A stretch of DNA of 64,000 nt from Eukaryota sp. GEM-RC1 (lineage: Eukaryota): positions 3,038,001 to 3,102,000 of the forward strand of contig JAUFOQ010000001.1 in NCBI GenBank assembly GCA_040285855.1, given 5' to 3'. How positions within the stretch are numbered: position 1 is the stretch's first letter; the number at the start of each line of letters is the position of its first letter. Shown here piece after piece: positions 23,086 to 34,100 of the stretch. The notes beneath the pieces were generated by a model. That model was not told where the DNA came from. It saw only the letters and a list, made by a program, of their open reading frames with translations, and searched no databases. The translations under genes and the position numbers were made by a program.

Positions 23086-24301
23086 CAGGGACTGTCAAAA
23101 ATATATTGCAATATATTGCACGGCCAAAGTGAGTTGCAATACAGTATTGCAATACTGCAATATATTGCAATAATTGGTAGCAATATAAATATTGTTGACG
23201 AGAGTATATATTGTCTAAATTCCACTGATAAACCATAAAAACATCATTAAGTGATATCTAATTTGAGCAGTTTCTGATTCACCGTCTTGTGAACCAATCT
23301 AATGTCCTAATACTCTCTAGTTACAGACAGAAATAGTTGATTGGCAAGATTCCCATTAGATAAGCAGTGTTTTGACAACACTTGCGCCATTCGAGCTCTA
23401 CTGAAGAGTCGTTTTGCAACATTTATATGTTTCTGGAAAGAAATTAATTCAATTTTTTTATTCGAGTTAAGACATCTTTAAACAGAGGAAACAGGTCCAG
23501 GGCGTTCAGCAATTTCTTCAACTTCATCATCATCACTACTCACGTCATTTACTATAACAGAATTACATTGATTGAGTTGAGTTCCGGGAGATAGTTGAAT
23601 AGTAGGCTTTTGCCATCTGTTTTCGAACGGGACTAGAATGATGCGTCATGTAAGATGATGTGAAGAATGACATTAGGTTTACATTTGTTAGTCAGATCTG
23701 ACTCATATTCCAAATTTGTGTTTCAACCTTTTGTTGTTTCTCTTTTTGGATCTATTAGTCCTGCTGGTGATCAATTTTTCAAGGATTTCGAAGAATTGTG
23801 TAAAGAAAAGAAGCGTAAGTTTAGAGCGGCTGAATGGAAAAACCGTATAGTGTTTTCCATATATCGGAATATGCCTTTCTATTTCTCTAGATTAATTGAG
23901 AAATTGTACAAGTTTGGCGTGAAGGTTAATGTTGATAAACGTAATCTTTTACCGGGTGGTGATGAAGTCGTTTGGATTTAATCTTAGTATTATTTGTTTG
24001 TTTTTACAATTTCATAGTTTGTAGGAAGGTTACCTTATTGGGTGCCGAATAAACATATCGATCTGACAGATACTACTTACTTGTAGTATGGACTTTCAAT
24101 TGTACACAAAATAATCACTGGTGTATTATGTTGCTAAAGAAGTCTCAAGTAACAGAAAAACATTGGTCAAAAAATATTGTTCAAAATTGAAATTATTGCA
24201 ATATATTGCAATACAAAATGAGGCTGCAATACAGTATTGCAATACACAATACACAATATTGCAATTATTGCAAAAGTGCAATATATTGTTGACAGTCCCT
24301 G
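23086..24301 (-). mobile_element. Non-autonomous hAT DNA transposon with a transposase C-terminal remnant
   Basis: TIR CAGGGACTGTCAA(A/C)AATATATTGCA (24/25 match). 8-bp TSD CTCTACAG at 23078-85 and 24302-09. TATTGCAATA subterminal repeats. Minus-strand remnant 'NVAKRLFSRARM...LSNGNLANQLFL'. Confidence 0.92.
23703..24059 (+). mobile_element. 5'-truncated CRE-like (RLE) non-LTR retrotransposon 3' end, nested in the hAT element
   Basis: 'FVFQPFVVSLFGSISPAGDQFF...WKNRIVFSIYR' RLE C-terminus. Flanking direct repeat GATCTGAC at 23695-702 and 24060-67. Confidence 0.8.
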
Positions 24302-24479
24302 CTCTACAGTGATCTCCGTTTGTCACGTGTAGTACTAATGACTGATAGATCATGCAACGACAGTTGTCAGATATGGTATTAACTCCAAATATCTGGTTTA
24401 CATCAATTGGGTAGGTGTTAGTGCGTTGTTGTGATGGACGAAACAAAAAGAATAAAATTCGACTGTAAAGTTTCCCCCC

Positions 24480-25328
24480 ATGTCCAAGATAATGAAACCA
24501 CCAACAACCTTCAAAGTCTTCAGACTATCCATGATGTTCCTGACAGTGCTGACTACGTCTGCTCTTCTGTGGGGACATTTGTATTCCTCTCAGCGCTGGG
24601 ATACTGGCTTTGTTCAAACGTGGTGCTTACCAGATAACTGTTTCTGCGAGTATGATAACAAGGAATCCTTCTGCCGCCAACGCTGCAACGCGTGGTCAAG
24701 TCTTGCCTTCGCTTATGCCGGAGTGGCGTTATTGTACTACGCTCCATCCTTAGTCGTCAAGCCAGAGAAGTGGTTACTCTTCAACTTGGGAACACTCAGC
24801 GTCATTTCATATGTTCTTGGTGTAGGGTCATTCTTGTTTCATGCCACCTTGACATTGTTTGGCGAACGTGCGGATGCTCTTGGTATGCATTACATTGGAC
24901 TCTTCCTCTGTGTTTACTCTCTATGTCGCTTAGCCAAGACCATGGGATACAAGCCTCCAGTCTCTAAACTCTTTCTACAAGTCTTCTACCCTCTCTTTGC
25001 TATCATTACCTACGGTAATTTCATCAAGGATGACTGGGAGACACTCACATGGGTTGTCATGGGCTCTGAAATTGTAGTAGTCTTTGTCTCTGAGATCATC
25101 AACTCTCGCATTAGGAAACGAACACCATCCCACTTGTTCATCAAGGGTCTGTCAGCTCTTTTGTTTGCACTAGGAATCTGGATATTAGACAAGGAACATA
25201 TCCTCTGTTGGCCAAGATCTTTATTCCAAGGACACTCTGTCTGGCACATTTCTTTAGCTGTTGCTGTGTTCTACATGACAAAGTTGTATATGGTTGATAC
25301 TTCAACCAAAGTGGTGAAAGTCCAATAA
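24480..25328 (+). CDS. Ceramidase-like CREST-superfamily 7-TM hydrolase, paralog of 22052-22924
   Basis: 'CFCE...RQRCNAWSSL', 'GSFLFHATL', 'ERADALGM' and 'GHSVWH'. Confidence 0.85.
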   Translation: MSKIMKPPTTFKVFRLSMMFLTVLTTSALLWGHLYSSQRWDTGFVQTWCLPDNCFCEYDNKESFCRQRCNAWSSLAFAYAGVALLYYAPSLVVKPEKWLLFNLGTLSVISYVLGVGSFLFHATLTLFGERADALGMHYIGLFLCVYSLCRLAKTMGYKPPVSKLFLQVFYPLFAIITYGNFIKDDWETLTWVVMGSEIVVVFVSEIINSRIRKRTPSHLFIKGLSALLFALGIWILDKEHILCWPRSLFQGHSVWHISLAVAVFYMTKLYMVDTSTKVVKVQ

Positions 25329-25702
25329 GTTAAATTACTGCTCGTACACTGATATTGTATGTAGTATTGATGATATAAATGAATCTGGTTAGCGTCGTTA
25401 CATCACAGTATGTATTATCTTGTAATATAGTATGTCCAAACTTGCACACTAGCTGGTACACAAATCTAATGAATTGTTTGTAACGAGTTTCTCAAAACAA
25501 TCATTTAACTGTACAGGCTTTGTAAATGTAGATACAATCAAGAATTTGACCAGTTTCAGTTCGTCATGTACTGATAAACATGAGAAAGACACTCTGCTAA
25601 TACCACAGTAGCCCTATTACGAGTATGTCAAGTGGATATTTTAGGTGAACTGCTGCTTAGAAACAGAACAAAATCATCGTCTTCCTATTGAGTAGACTTG
25701 AA

Positions 25703-27181
25703 ATGATTCCCTCTCTAGACATTAACCGTTCTGTTGTGGATCCCAATGCCTCTTCGCTGTGTCATGAGCCTTCTTTATCGTTTCTCCCTGATCAACTTAC
25801 CTCTAAGAAACCATCATGCCATTCACTACACGACAAAGATCATCCTCCTTCATCCATACACTTTCAAGACTCATTGATCCTACTCATCAGTCGTCACCTT
25901 TCCCAAAGACTCTTCAACTCTTGTCTCATGTCAGATTGCCGAGATCGTCCTCGTTGTTGTATTCGTCCTCTTATAACCAAACTCTCACTCATTTTTGAGA
26001 CATATGGCTATATCAGCCATCGTTTGTTTGAATCTTCTGTTTCTGCAATGAAGATCTTCTTTTCAACAAGCACATTTCCCATACTCTTAAATTACTTGCC
26101 TATACTGTCTTCTGCTGCTTCCCTGTTCAGAGCTGAAGTGAGCTCTATTTATCTCGTTGATTATAGTTCTCTTGGTGATGTTTCTATTGGATCGAATACC
26201 AGTATTATTACCGGTTTACATCTTGATTGGAACAGTAATGACATTGACTTCTTTAATGACTCTTCCCCTAGGTATTTACCCAACTTGAGGTACCTTCAAG
26301 TTGTAGATTATTCCCAAGAGTCATTTCCATCACTTTGTAGAGCTCTAGTACGTGGTACAAACATCAAAGAATTAGAAATTCTCATCGCTGAGTTGACTGT
26401 TGCTCAATTTGCTGATCTGGCAGAAGTTTTCTCAACCAGCGAGACCTTAAAAACTGTACGTTTGGGGTTTCTTTTTGTTTTCTACCCAGATCTTGAAGAT
26501 GAAACGTTATCTTCTCTTTTCACTGCACTTTCTAAAAACACTATCATCAATTTAATTGATTTACGATACTTCTACGTGCGGTGCACTGATGTTATCTTGC
26601 CACTGCTAAACACTACCACGCTAAAACGCCTTGTCTTTCCATGTGGTCGTATGCTTGGTTCATTAATATTTCAAGGACTTCAAAGCAATTCTTCTATTAG
26701 AGATGTTTGTTTTAATGACAATCAGTTCAAGACAGATGACCTTTGTGAATATTTAATGTTGAATACTTGTTTGAAAAAATTGGAATTATTTGGGTGTACG
26801 GTGACTTATTCAACATTTTTTAAGTGTTTAGAAAACAATACTTCTCTATTGGAGCTTTCAATTACTTTTACAGATACAGTATCAATTGCTGATCACGGTA
26901 GTGGTATGATTATTGAAGAAGATAGTTTTGACGAGTTTGATGAACCACTTGTTTTTAAAATAAAATTCGATGATGACGATGTCCAGGCTTTATCCTCAAT
27001 GATTCAGAAAAACTCTACTTTGAGAGTGTTGAGTCTTCAGGAATTTCCCTTTGAGTCGTCTCATGTTACAACTGTTGTTAAGGCATTGGAAAGCAATTCA
27101 GTATTACAGAAAGTTGGTGCACATGATTTGAATAATTCTATTGATTTTGAAAACTTAATTCCAGAAAATCGATCGATGTGA
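25703..27181 (+). CDS. Lineage-specific RNI-like LRR protein
   Basis: 'FQDSLILLI...YGYISHRLFES...ASLFRAE' N-terminal block followed by LRRs. Intact ORF. Confidence 0.85.
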   Translation: MIPSLDINRSVVDPNASSLCHEPSLSFLPDQLTSKKPSCHSLHDKDHPPSSIHFQDSLILLISRHLSQRLFNSCLMSDCRDRPRCCIRPLITKLSLIFETYGYISHRLFESSVSAMKIFFSTSTFPILLNYLPILSSAASLFRAEVSSIYLVDYSSLGDVSIGSNTSIITGLHLDWNSNDIDFFNDSSPRYLPNLRYLQVVDYSQESFPSLCRALVRGTNIKELEILIAELTVAQFADLAEVFSTSETLKTVRLGFLFVFYPDLEDETLSSLFTALSKNTIINLIDLRYFYVRCTDVILPLLNTTTLKRLVFPCGRMLGSLIFQGLQSNSSIRDVCFNDNQFKTDDLCEYLMLNTCLKKLELFGCTVTYSTFFKCLENNTSLLELSITFTDTVSIADHGSGMIIEEDSFDEFDEPLVFKIKFDDDDVQALSSMIQKNSTLRVLSLQEFPFESSHVTTVVKALESNSVLQKVGAHDLNNSIDFENLIPENRSM

Positions 27182-27442
27182 TGGCTTATTTCTCTAAAAG
27201 TCTTATAGCTTCGACTATTTTTAATCAGTTTCTATAAGATCACGTTTCATTTTGTAAGACGATATTGTCATGTCTTTTTAAAAATCCTTACTTTTCGCTA
27301 TCTTTTGTCACTGTGTATTAAAAGATTACTAAAATTTGTATATGTTGGCTCATAAATCTTATTTCTTCCTATTCATCTGCAAAAATAGTGTTCCTGATAA
27401 TCAAATGAATATATAAGCTTAAGACGTTTAAGCAAAAACATA

Positions 27443-27500
27443 CAGTCTTCCCTCGGTTTAGTGCCAATTCAAACAGCGGCACTAAACCGAGGGAAGACTG
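27443..27500. mobile_element. 58-bp Tc1/mariner/pogo-type mini-MITE (perfect hairpin)
   Basis: TA|CAGTCTTCCCTCGGTTTAGTGCC - 12 nt - GGCACTAAACCGAGGGAAGACTG|TA: perfect 23-bp TIRs with TA flanks. Confidence 0.85.
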
Positions 27501-27558
27501 TACTTTAATAGATACAAATAACGTAGTATAGAGCAGAATTGAAATTGATATTTGAAAT

Positions 27559-28006
27559 ATGAAATTAATTTACCATCTTATCATTATTGATCCCTATCTT
27601 GGACAATTGGTGACTCCTACACAATACTCTGTATATACTTGTTTCAACTGCTATCAACATCTATGGTTTCTTCTACTTCTATTTCAATCGAAATATTCAT
27701 GCCTCATTGAAGCTTTCGATGTTGGTATCCTTTGCTGGTACTTATATCTCGTGTATCAGTGCCTACATTAGCATCTTTGAACACATGATTATCCGAAATC
27801 CTGGACATGACATAATATCATTTGTGAACGTTTTGCATGTTGTCATTCTCGTTTGTTGGCTTTCGTCTGGTGTTGCGCTCATAGCTTGTTTGCACTGGCG
27901 TCTCAGTCCTGAAACAAAGTACATTAACAGAGCTATTTGGTTAGCACTCTTTGGTGCTTTGAATTGGTGCTTGTATAGTTTCGAGAGAAAGGTGCATCGC
28001 CCATAA
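27559..28006 (+). CDS. Small uncharacterised multi-pass membrane protein (probable frameshift near 27613)
   Basis: The 27707 frame is open from ~27614 and has about four hydrophobic segments. The ATG at 27559 is in a neighbouring frame. Confidence 0.45.
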
Positions 28007-28584
28007 CATTTGAAACAAACATTAGTAATGACAAAATATATGTATTTTTGAACACGGGTTATGTGAGTAAAAGTGAACTATTAAATAATTTTATCATAAT
28101 TAATTTAGTTTTACTGTATGTTGTTTTTAGTTTTAACACATTCATCTCAATAAGGTTTGAGTAACTAATCTTGGCCAATTAGATGGTATACTTCTTGTTA
28201 TTTATTCGGTTGATATTAATCTAATACTTGTTAAATTGATTTCGTGTTTCTTCGCAAGGTAAACTTCATATCTTATGAAGTTTGTAGGTAATTAAATACA
28301 ATAAATTACAGTTTTTTTCAGTTTTTCACAGAACAAACTGTATGTATTCGAACAACTTGACAATGAAACTAAAACTGCAGTCCCCTAATAATGACTATTC
28401 TCAATCCAAAATGCTTTATTTGAACACCTTCAACAAACTGATCCGCCAAGGGTTGATACATCTTTCCAGACCAAACTCACAATTCTCTTGAAAATAGAGA
28501 ACATAATTATCATTATTTAAAGTCTGAGGAGATACGAAAACCTCGATTAAAATCCGAATTTTCAAAAAAAAGACAAAACCAACT

Positions 28585-28825
28585 TTAATCTGTACCCAAT
28601 AAGGTAACCTTCCAACAAAACTATGAAATTGTAAAAACAAACAAATAATAGTAAATCCAAACGACTTCATCACCACCCGGAAAAAGATTACGTTTTTCAA
28701 CATTAACCTTCACACCAAACTTGTACAATTTCTCAATTAATCGAGAGAAATAGAAAGGCATATTCCGATATATGGAAAACACTATACGGTTTTTCCATTC
28801 AGCCATTCTAAACTTACGCTTCTTT
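28585..28825 (-). mobile_element. Short 3' fragment of the same CRE-like family as 23703-24059
   Basis: Near-identical 'AEWKNRIVFSIYRNMPFYFSRLIEKLYKFGVKVNV' and 3' UTR GGAAGGTTACCTTATTGGGT. Confidence 0.85.
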
Positions 28826-28982
28826 TATGAAAAAGAAGTACATTATTTATAGAAGTGATGACTGGCATCAAAACAGTGATTTTGCAAGCAAAAACTATGT
28901 ACATAATGGCACTAATAGTGTTTTCAAGTCTTAACCTAAAGATGTTTCAATGTGAGGAGAATCCCAAAAGCTCTTTTTCTCC

Positions 28983-31829
28983 ATGGCTTCTTTTACCTAT
29001 AAACGTCTCTCTAGTTCCTCTCTATGCGAACCTCCTTTGAAAGCTCCTAATTCTCCTGAACCAGCCAAGACTTATCCCTTCGAATTGGATCCTTTCCAAC
29101 AAAGTGCCATAGACTCAATCGAACGTGAGGAATCTGTTCTCGTCTCTGCCCATACTTCTGCAGGTAAAACTGTCATTGCTGAATATGCCATAGCTCAAGC
29201 TCTTAAAAACAAACAACGTGTTGTCTACACCTCACCAATCAAAGCCCTGTCCAACCAAAAGTACCAAGAATTCAGTCAGGAGTTCCAAGACGTTGGTCTC
29301 ATGACTGGTGACGTCACTTACTCTCCTAACGCTGCTTGTCTCGTAATGACCACTGAAATCCTTCGTTCTATGCTCTTTAGAGGAAGTGAAGTCGTTAAGG
29401 AAGTTGCGTGGGTCATCTTTGATGAAGTCCATTACCTTAGAGATGCTGAAAGAGGAGTGGTGTGGGAGGAAACTCTCATCCTTATGCCTTCCTCTGTTAG
29501 ATTCGTCTTCCTCTCCGCCACCATCCCCAATGCCCAAGAGTTCGCTGAGTGGGTCAACTCTGTCCATTCTCAGCCTATTAGTATAGTAACAACTGACCTA
29601 AGACCAGTTCCACTTCAGCATTACGTGATGCCAGCTGGCGTAGGAACTTTGTTCAATGTAGTTGACGAAAAGGGAAGGTTTAGAGATGATAAGTTTTCTC
29701 AAGCTTTATCTAAAATTAGTGACAAGGCTAGTAATGCCAGTCAATTAGAAGCACGTAAGAACACGCGGAAACCAAGAGTCAATCCTGATTTAACTCTGTT
29801 AATCAGACATTTAAAAGATCAGGATAATTTCCCAGTAATTGTTTTTTGTTTTTCTAGAGTCGAATGTGAACGTAATGCTCGTAATCTAATCAAACTTGAT
29901 TTGACCTCTACTCGAGAAAAGAAAGATATTGAGTTCATTTACACTGCCGCTGTTAACTGTCTCTCAGAAGAAGATCGAGATATTCCCGCTTTAAGAGACG
30001 CAATTGGACTACTCAAACAAGGAATTGGAATTCATCATTCTGGACTCTTTCCTATTCTGAAGGAAGTCACTGAGCTCCTCTTTGGTGAAGGTCTAATCAA
30101 AGTTCTCTTTGCTACGGAAACCTTTGCAATGGGGCTCAACATGCCTGCTAAAACTGTGGTCTTCTCAGACATTGAGAAGTTCGATGGGGTAACTCAACGA
30201 AGGATAACTTCAGGAGAGTATATTCAGATGAGTGGACGTGCTGGTAGAAGAGGTAAGGATGATCGAGGGTTTGTTATTGTGATGTTGAATGATAAGGTTG
30301 AACCTGGGGAAATGCGAGATTTAATGAAGGGGAAGGCGAAGAATTTGGATTCTGCGTTTAGATTGACTTTTAATATGATTTTAAATACTCTGAGAGTTGA
30401 GGAGACTTCTGCTGAATTCTTGATTGAGAAATCATTTTTGTCGTTTCAGAAGAGTAAGAAACTGCCAGAAATGGAAGCTGAGTTGGTAGAAATATCAAAA
30501 TTGATTGAGGAGCAAACGTCAACACTGACTGAGTTTGATGTTGATGAAGAAGAAATGGAAAATCTATTTACTCTTGATTCGCTACAGTCAGAGTTACAAG
30601 AGAAGATCCAACAAGTTGTACTCAAACCTATCAATGTCATTCCCTTTTTGAACGAGAACAGATTGATTAAAATAGGATGTGCACCATGGTTTAATAACCC
30701 GAGTTTTGATTTTGGGTGGGGTTTGTTAGTGAAATATGACAAAATATTTGAAAATTCTGTTGGAGGTGATTCAGCTGATCACAAAATCATTGTTCATGTG
30801 TTAGTAAACGTGGATGCCGGTCAATCAGCTGGATTTTTACCCCCTAAGAGTTTATCGTCATCACGACCAGAAGTCGTGTTATTTGACCTATCTCACGTCA
30901 CTGCTCTGTCATCACTAAGACTGAATATTTCAAATGTTAAATTATCAAATATCAATTCCAAGATTTCAGCCATGAAGAATGTTTCGGAGGCTTTGAAATA
31001 TTACAATGGAAACCTTCCTTTAATGCACCCAATCAGCGACATGAAAATCAATGATCCCGACCTTGTTGACTCCCAATCTCAACTAGAAGAAGTTGAACAG
31101 TTGAAAGCCTCTCATTCTTACGTTGTCGACAATCAAAAATATTCAAAACCGTATGAAATATTCAGACACCGTGAAGAACTCAAATCAAAACAAACTCAAT
31201 TAGAGCTCGCCATTGCAACTTCCCAAAAGTCTCTTCTTAAGCACGAGTTAACTGCAATGACTCGAGTTCTACGGTCACTTGGATTTATTGATGACAATGG
31301 AGTTACTTCTAAAGGCCGTGTTGCTGCTGAAATGTCTGGTGGTGAGGAATTGTTGCTTTCAGAAATGATACTTGATGGTACTTTTGTTAAGTTAATTCCG
31401 TCTGAAATAGTGGGGATTTTGTCTTGTTTTGTTACGGAAGAACGACCAAAGAAGAAGGAAGAGATCAAAATGCCCGAGAATATGAAGAAGTTGTTCGAGG
31501 ATTTAACTCGACGTGCCCGAAATATTGGTGAAATTTCAAAACAGTGTCGAATGGATGTGAATCCCGATGAATATGTTGAAAAATTCAAACCTACAATGAT
31601 CCCGATAGCAATGGCTTGGTCCGAGGGCTGCAATTTCAAAGATTTAATGGAGAAAACTTCAAGTTTTGAAGGAAACGTCATCAAAGTTCTTAGGAGACTT
31701 GATGAACTGTTACGTCAACTTACTGTTGTTGCTAAGAATATTTGCAATGATGAGTTGGAAATGAAATTTACTGCAGCAATCAAGTCAATCAAAAGAGATA
31801 TTGTTTTTAGTGCTAGTCTTTATCTATAA
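28983..31829 (+). CDS. MTR4: Exosome-associated Ski2-like RNA helicase MTR4
   Basis: 948 aa. 'YPFELDPFQ', 'AHTSAGKT', 'DEVH', 'SAT' and 'QMSGRAGRRG' motifs, arch/KOW insert, C-terminal 'IKRDIVFSASLYL'. Confidence 0.96.
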   Translation: MASFTYKRLSSSSLCEPPLKAPNSPEPAKTYPFELDPFQQSAIDSIEREESVLVSAHTSAGKTVIAEYAIAQALKNKQRVVYTSPIKALSNQKYQEFSQEFQDVGLMTGDVTYSPNAACLVMTTEILRSMLFRGSEVVKEVAWVIFDEVHYLRDAERGVVWEETLILMPSSVRFVFLSATIPNAQEFAEWVNSVHSQPISIVTTDLRPVPLQHYVMPAGVGTLFNVVDEKGRFRDDKFSQALSKISDKASNASQLEARKNTRKPRVNPDLTLLIRHLKDQDNFPVIVFCFSRVECERNARNLIKLDLTSTREKKDIEFIYTAAVNCLSEEDRDIPALRDAIGLLKQGIGIHHSGLFPILKEVTELLFGEGLIKVLFATETFAMGLNMPAKTVVFSDIEKFDGVTQRRITSGEYIQMSGRAGRRGKDDRGFVIVMLNDKVEPGEMRDLMKGKAKNLDSAFRLTFNMILNTLRVEETSAEFLIEKSFLSFQKSKKLPEMEAELVEISKLIEEQTSTLTEFDVDEEEMENLFTLDSLQSELQEKIQQVVLKPINVIPFLNENRLIKIGCAPWFNNPSFDFGWGLLVKYDKIFENSVGGDSADHKIIVHVLVNVDAGQSAGFLPPKSLSSSRPEVVLFDLSHVTALSSLRLNISNVKLSNINSKISAMKNVSEALKYYNGNLPLMHPISDMKINDPDLVDSQSQLEEVEQLKASHSYVVDNQKYSKPYEIFRHREELKSKQTQLELAIATSQKSLLKHELTAMTRVLRSLGFIDDNGVTSKGRVAAEMSGGEELLLSEMILDGTFVKLIPSEIVGILSCFVTEERPKKKEEIKMPENMKKLFEDLTRRARNIGEISKQCRMDVNPDEYVEKFKPTMIPIAMAWSEGCNFKDLMEKTSSFEGNVIKVLRRLDELLRQLTVVAKNICNDELEMKFTAAIKSIKRDIVFSASLYL

Positions 31830-32245
31830 TTTATTATTTAGTTTATTTTACTTCATTTTACAGTGTTTTCCTACTTTATGTGGTTGTTATTTGAGTTGTG
31901 AAGGTCGTCGTTTCTAGTTTTAAACCATATTAAGTCAAATTAAGTGATAAAAAATGATTTATCTATTATTTATACAAAAGATAAAGATCAAAAATTGAGA
32001 AGAACTTCAAAATCAAAACAAGATCGATGAATAACTACACTTTAAATGCCTCAACAACAGCACCACCACAGAACTAATCTCTTTTTTTACCAATTTATTT
32101 AATTTATCTCTGTACAGAAACCCATGTTAATTTCATTAATTAACTAAATAAGACCATGGGATAGACTGTGTGAAAGAATAAGAATTTATAACTAAAACGG
32201 TACACCACTATTTCTTAAAAGCAATTAATGAACCAAACACAGGAA

Positions 32246-34051
32246 TCAAACACGTTCCACTTTCCATTCATGATTTTGACCATTAACTGTGATTCCAAAA
32301 ACCAAATTTCTAGGCATATCAGTACTAAAAGTAGTTGTACAAGTAGAAGGTTTGAAGTAAGCTTTACCACTAGAAAAACTAACAGTGATTGATTCTCCTC
32401 TGGTAATTTGAGGGAATTTTGGATTGGAAGAGAAATATCCTAGAGCGCAGTTACCTCTAGGACTAACACAAGGATTGGGAGTAAAATCATCCGTAAGTGT
32501 ACCTCTATTTTTCCATCCAATAAAGTCATTAATATCATCACTAAGATCATCTAACCTTGTAAATTTAACAGAAGAATTGTCGGAAAGATTAACTTTTACA
32601 AAACTATTGGTTTTACCATCGGAACCATTCCTTTTAACAACAGTATTACTATTTGATAAGGAAAGTCTTGAACCACAAGTAGTAGAAACAAAAGTACCAA
32701 TAAGAGCTTCAATTCTTCTTCTTTCATTCTCTTCTTCTTCTACCTTCTGTTTAAAAGCACGAAGAGTGTGGACTTCATTATTTAAAGATAGAACATCCGC
32801 TTCTAATTCATTGTTTTTGGACAGTAACAAATCGTTTTCACTCTTCAACTTTTCGTTTTCATTCTTCAACTCTTCCTTTTGAAGTTCAAAATTATCAACT
32901 AAATTAGGAACAATTACCTTATTCGTAATTTTTGAAATAATTGAAACCAACTGGTCATCATCTCCCAAAGGAGAAAGAATCAAGGATTGTATTTCTGACC
33001 CAGTTAACAATGACAAATTGACTGACTCAAGACAATCTTTGACGTCATTTGATTGCCAAGAACTTCCTTTTCCAGATGACCAGGATTCAATCAGATTTTG
33101 GAGGCAAAATATTGAAAAGTTTCGGTTATTTGCGGATTTCTTAATCATTTCAAGCAATACTTTTGGATTAAGAGAAAGAAGTTCTTGGTGAGAGAAATCT
33201 TGAAACTGTGAAATATGTGGAACAATTTCAAATACTTCAGATGAATCTTCACGATTAAGTATTTCTAACACTTTTATAATCCAGTTTAATGGAATATTTG
33301 AAATACTGAAGTTATTAGAAAAATACTTCATCGAAATTTTGACAATTGAAGCCTCAAAAATTGAATTATCAATGACGGGTTGAATCAGATATTGAAATAA
33401 TTCATGACCAGTAAGATTGTCAACTTTTAAAGTATTTAAAAATGAATCAAACTGTTCGTCATCAAGTTGCTGAGTGTCAATAGATTTCACTAAGCAATTC
33501 AGTAACCAAATAATTTGATTTTTAAATCCAAATTCTTGACCAAAAAGCGACAAATATTCAAAACAAAGAGGAAAACTTTCAGGTATGGTTTCGAAATCAG
33601 ATTTGAAAAACGGTAACAAATGCTTTAAGAATTCTTGGTCTTGACATTCATTTGCTTGTTTAACTAGAAAAAGTAAAGAATCAGTAGAGTTTGAAAAGTG
33701 AGTTAACAATTCAAGACAAGTAGTCTTGAGATCTTCAACCATGAAGTATCGAGAAAGAACGTAGAACTCATAGAGGTTCTCAAGAGTGATCTCTACTGGC
33801 TGAGCGTAGAGATATGAGAAGAAGGAGCGAAAAGAAGAAGCGGAGACATTGAGAGAAGAGAAATCTTGGGATTCCTGATCGTCTGACAAGTTGAGAGTAA
33901 ACAGGTTATGGAAAAATTCAGAGAACTGAACGAGGACGACGGAATGGCATGGGATTTGGAGATCATTGAAGCTTACCGAAAAATCATGTTTCAGGGAGGT
34001 TTCCAAGAGCTTGATGCAGAGAGAAGCAGGGGCGATCTGGGTGGAAGTCAT
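32246..34051 (-). CDS. BTB/POZ protein with coiled coil and C-terminal SPRY-like beta domain
   Basis: 'HDFSVSFNDLQIPCHSVVLVQFSEFF' BTB, E/K-rich coil and 'LSLSNSNTVV'. Start aligned with the paralog at 61443. Confidence 0.85.
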   Translation of the reverse strand: MTSTQIAPASLCIKLLETSLKHDFSVSFNDLQIPCHSVVLVQFSEFFHNLFTLNLSDDQESQDFSSLNVSASSFRSFFSYLYAQPVEITLENLYEFYVLSRYFMVEDLKTTCLELLTHFSNSTDSLLFLVKQANECQDQEFLKHLLPFFKSDFETIPESFPLCFEYLSLFGQEFGFKNQIIWLLNCLVKSIDTQQLDDEQFDSFLNTLKVDNLTGHELFQYLIQPVIDNSIFEASIVKISMKYFSNNFSISNIPLNWIIKVLEILNREDSSEVFEIVPHISQFQDFSHQELLSLNPKVLLEMIKKSANNRNFSIFCLQNLIESWSSGKGSSWQSNDVKDCLESVNLSLLTGSEIQSLILSPLGDDDQLVSIISKITNKVIVPNLVDNFELQKEELKNENEKLKSENDLLLSKNNELEADVLSLNNEVHTLRAFKQKVEEEENERRRIEALIGTFVSTTCGSRLSLSNSNTVVKRNGSDGKTNSFVKVNLSDNSSVKFTRLDDLSDDINDFIGWKNRGTLTDDFTPNPCVSPRGNCALGYFSSNPKFPQITRGESITVSFSSGKAYFKPSTCTTTFSTDMPRNLVFGITVNGQNHEWKVERV

Positions 34052-34100
34052 TGAATGTGAAAAATACGGAAATCTAAGTTCATCAATTGCACACATGAAC

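Noticed and set aside
29232..31684. Antisense or overlapping ORFs within MTR4 (and similarly within the LRR and other genes)
   Set aside because: Shadow ORFs of real coding strands with no motifs.
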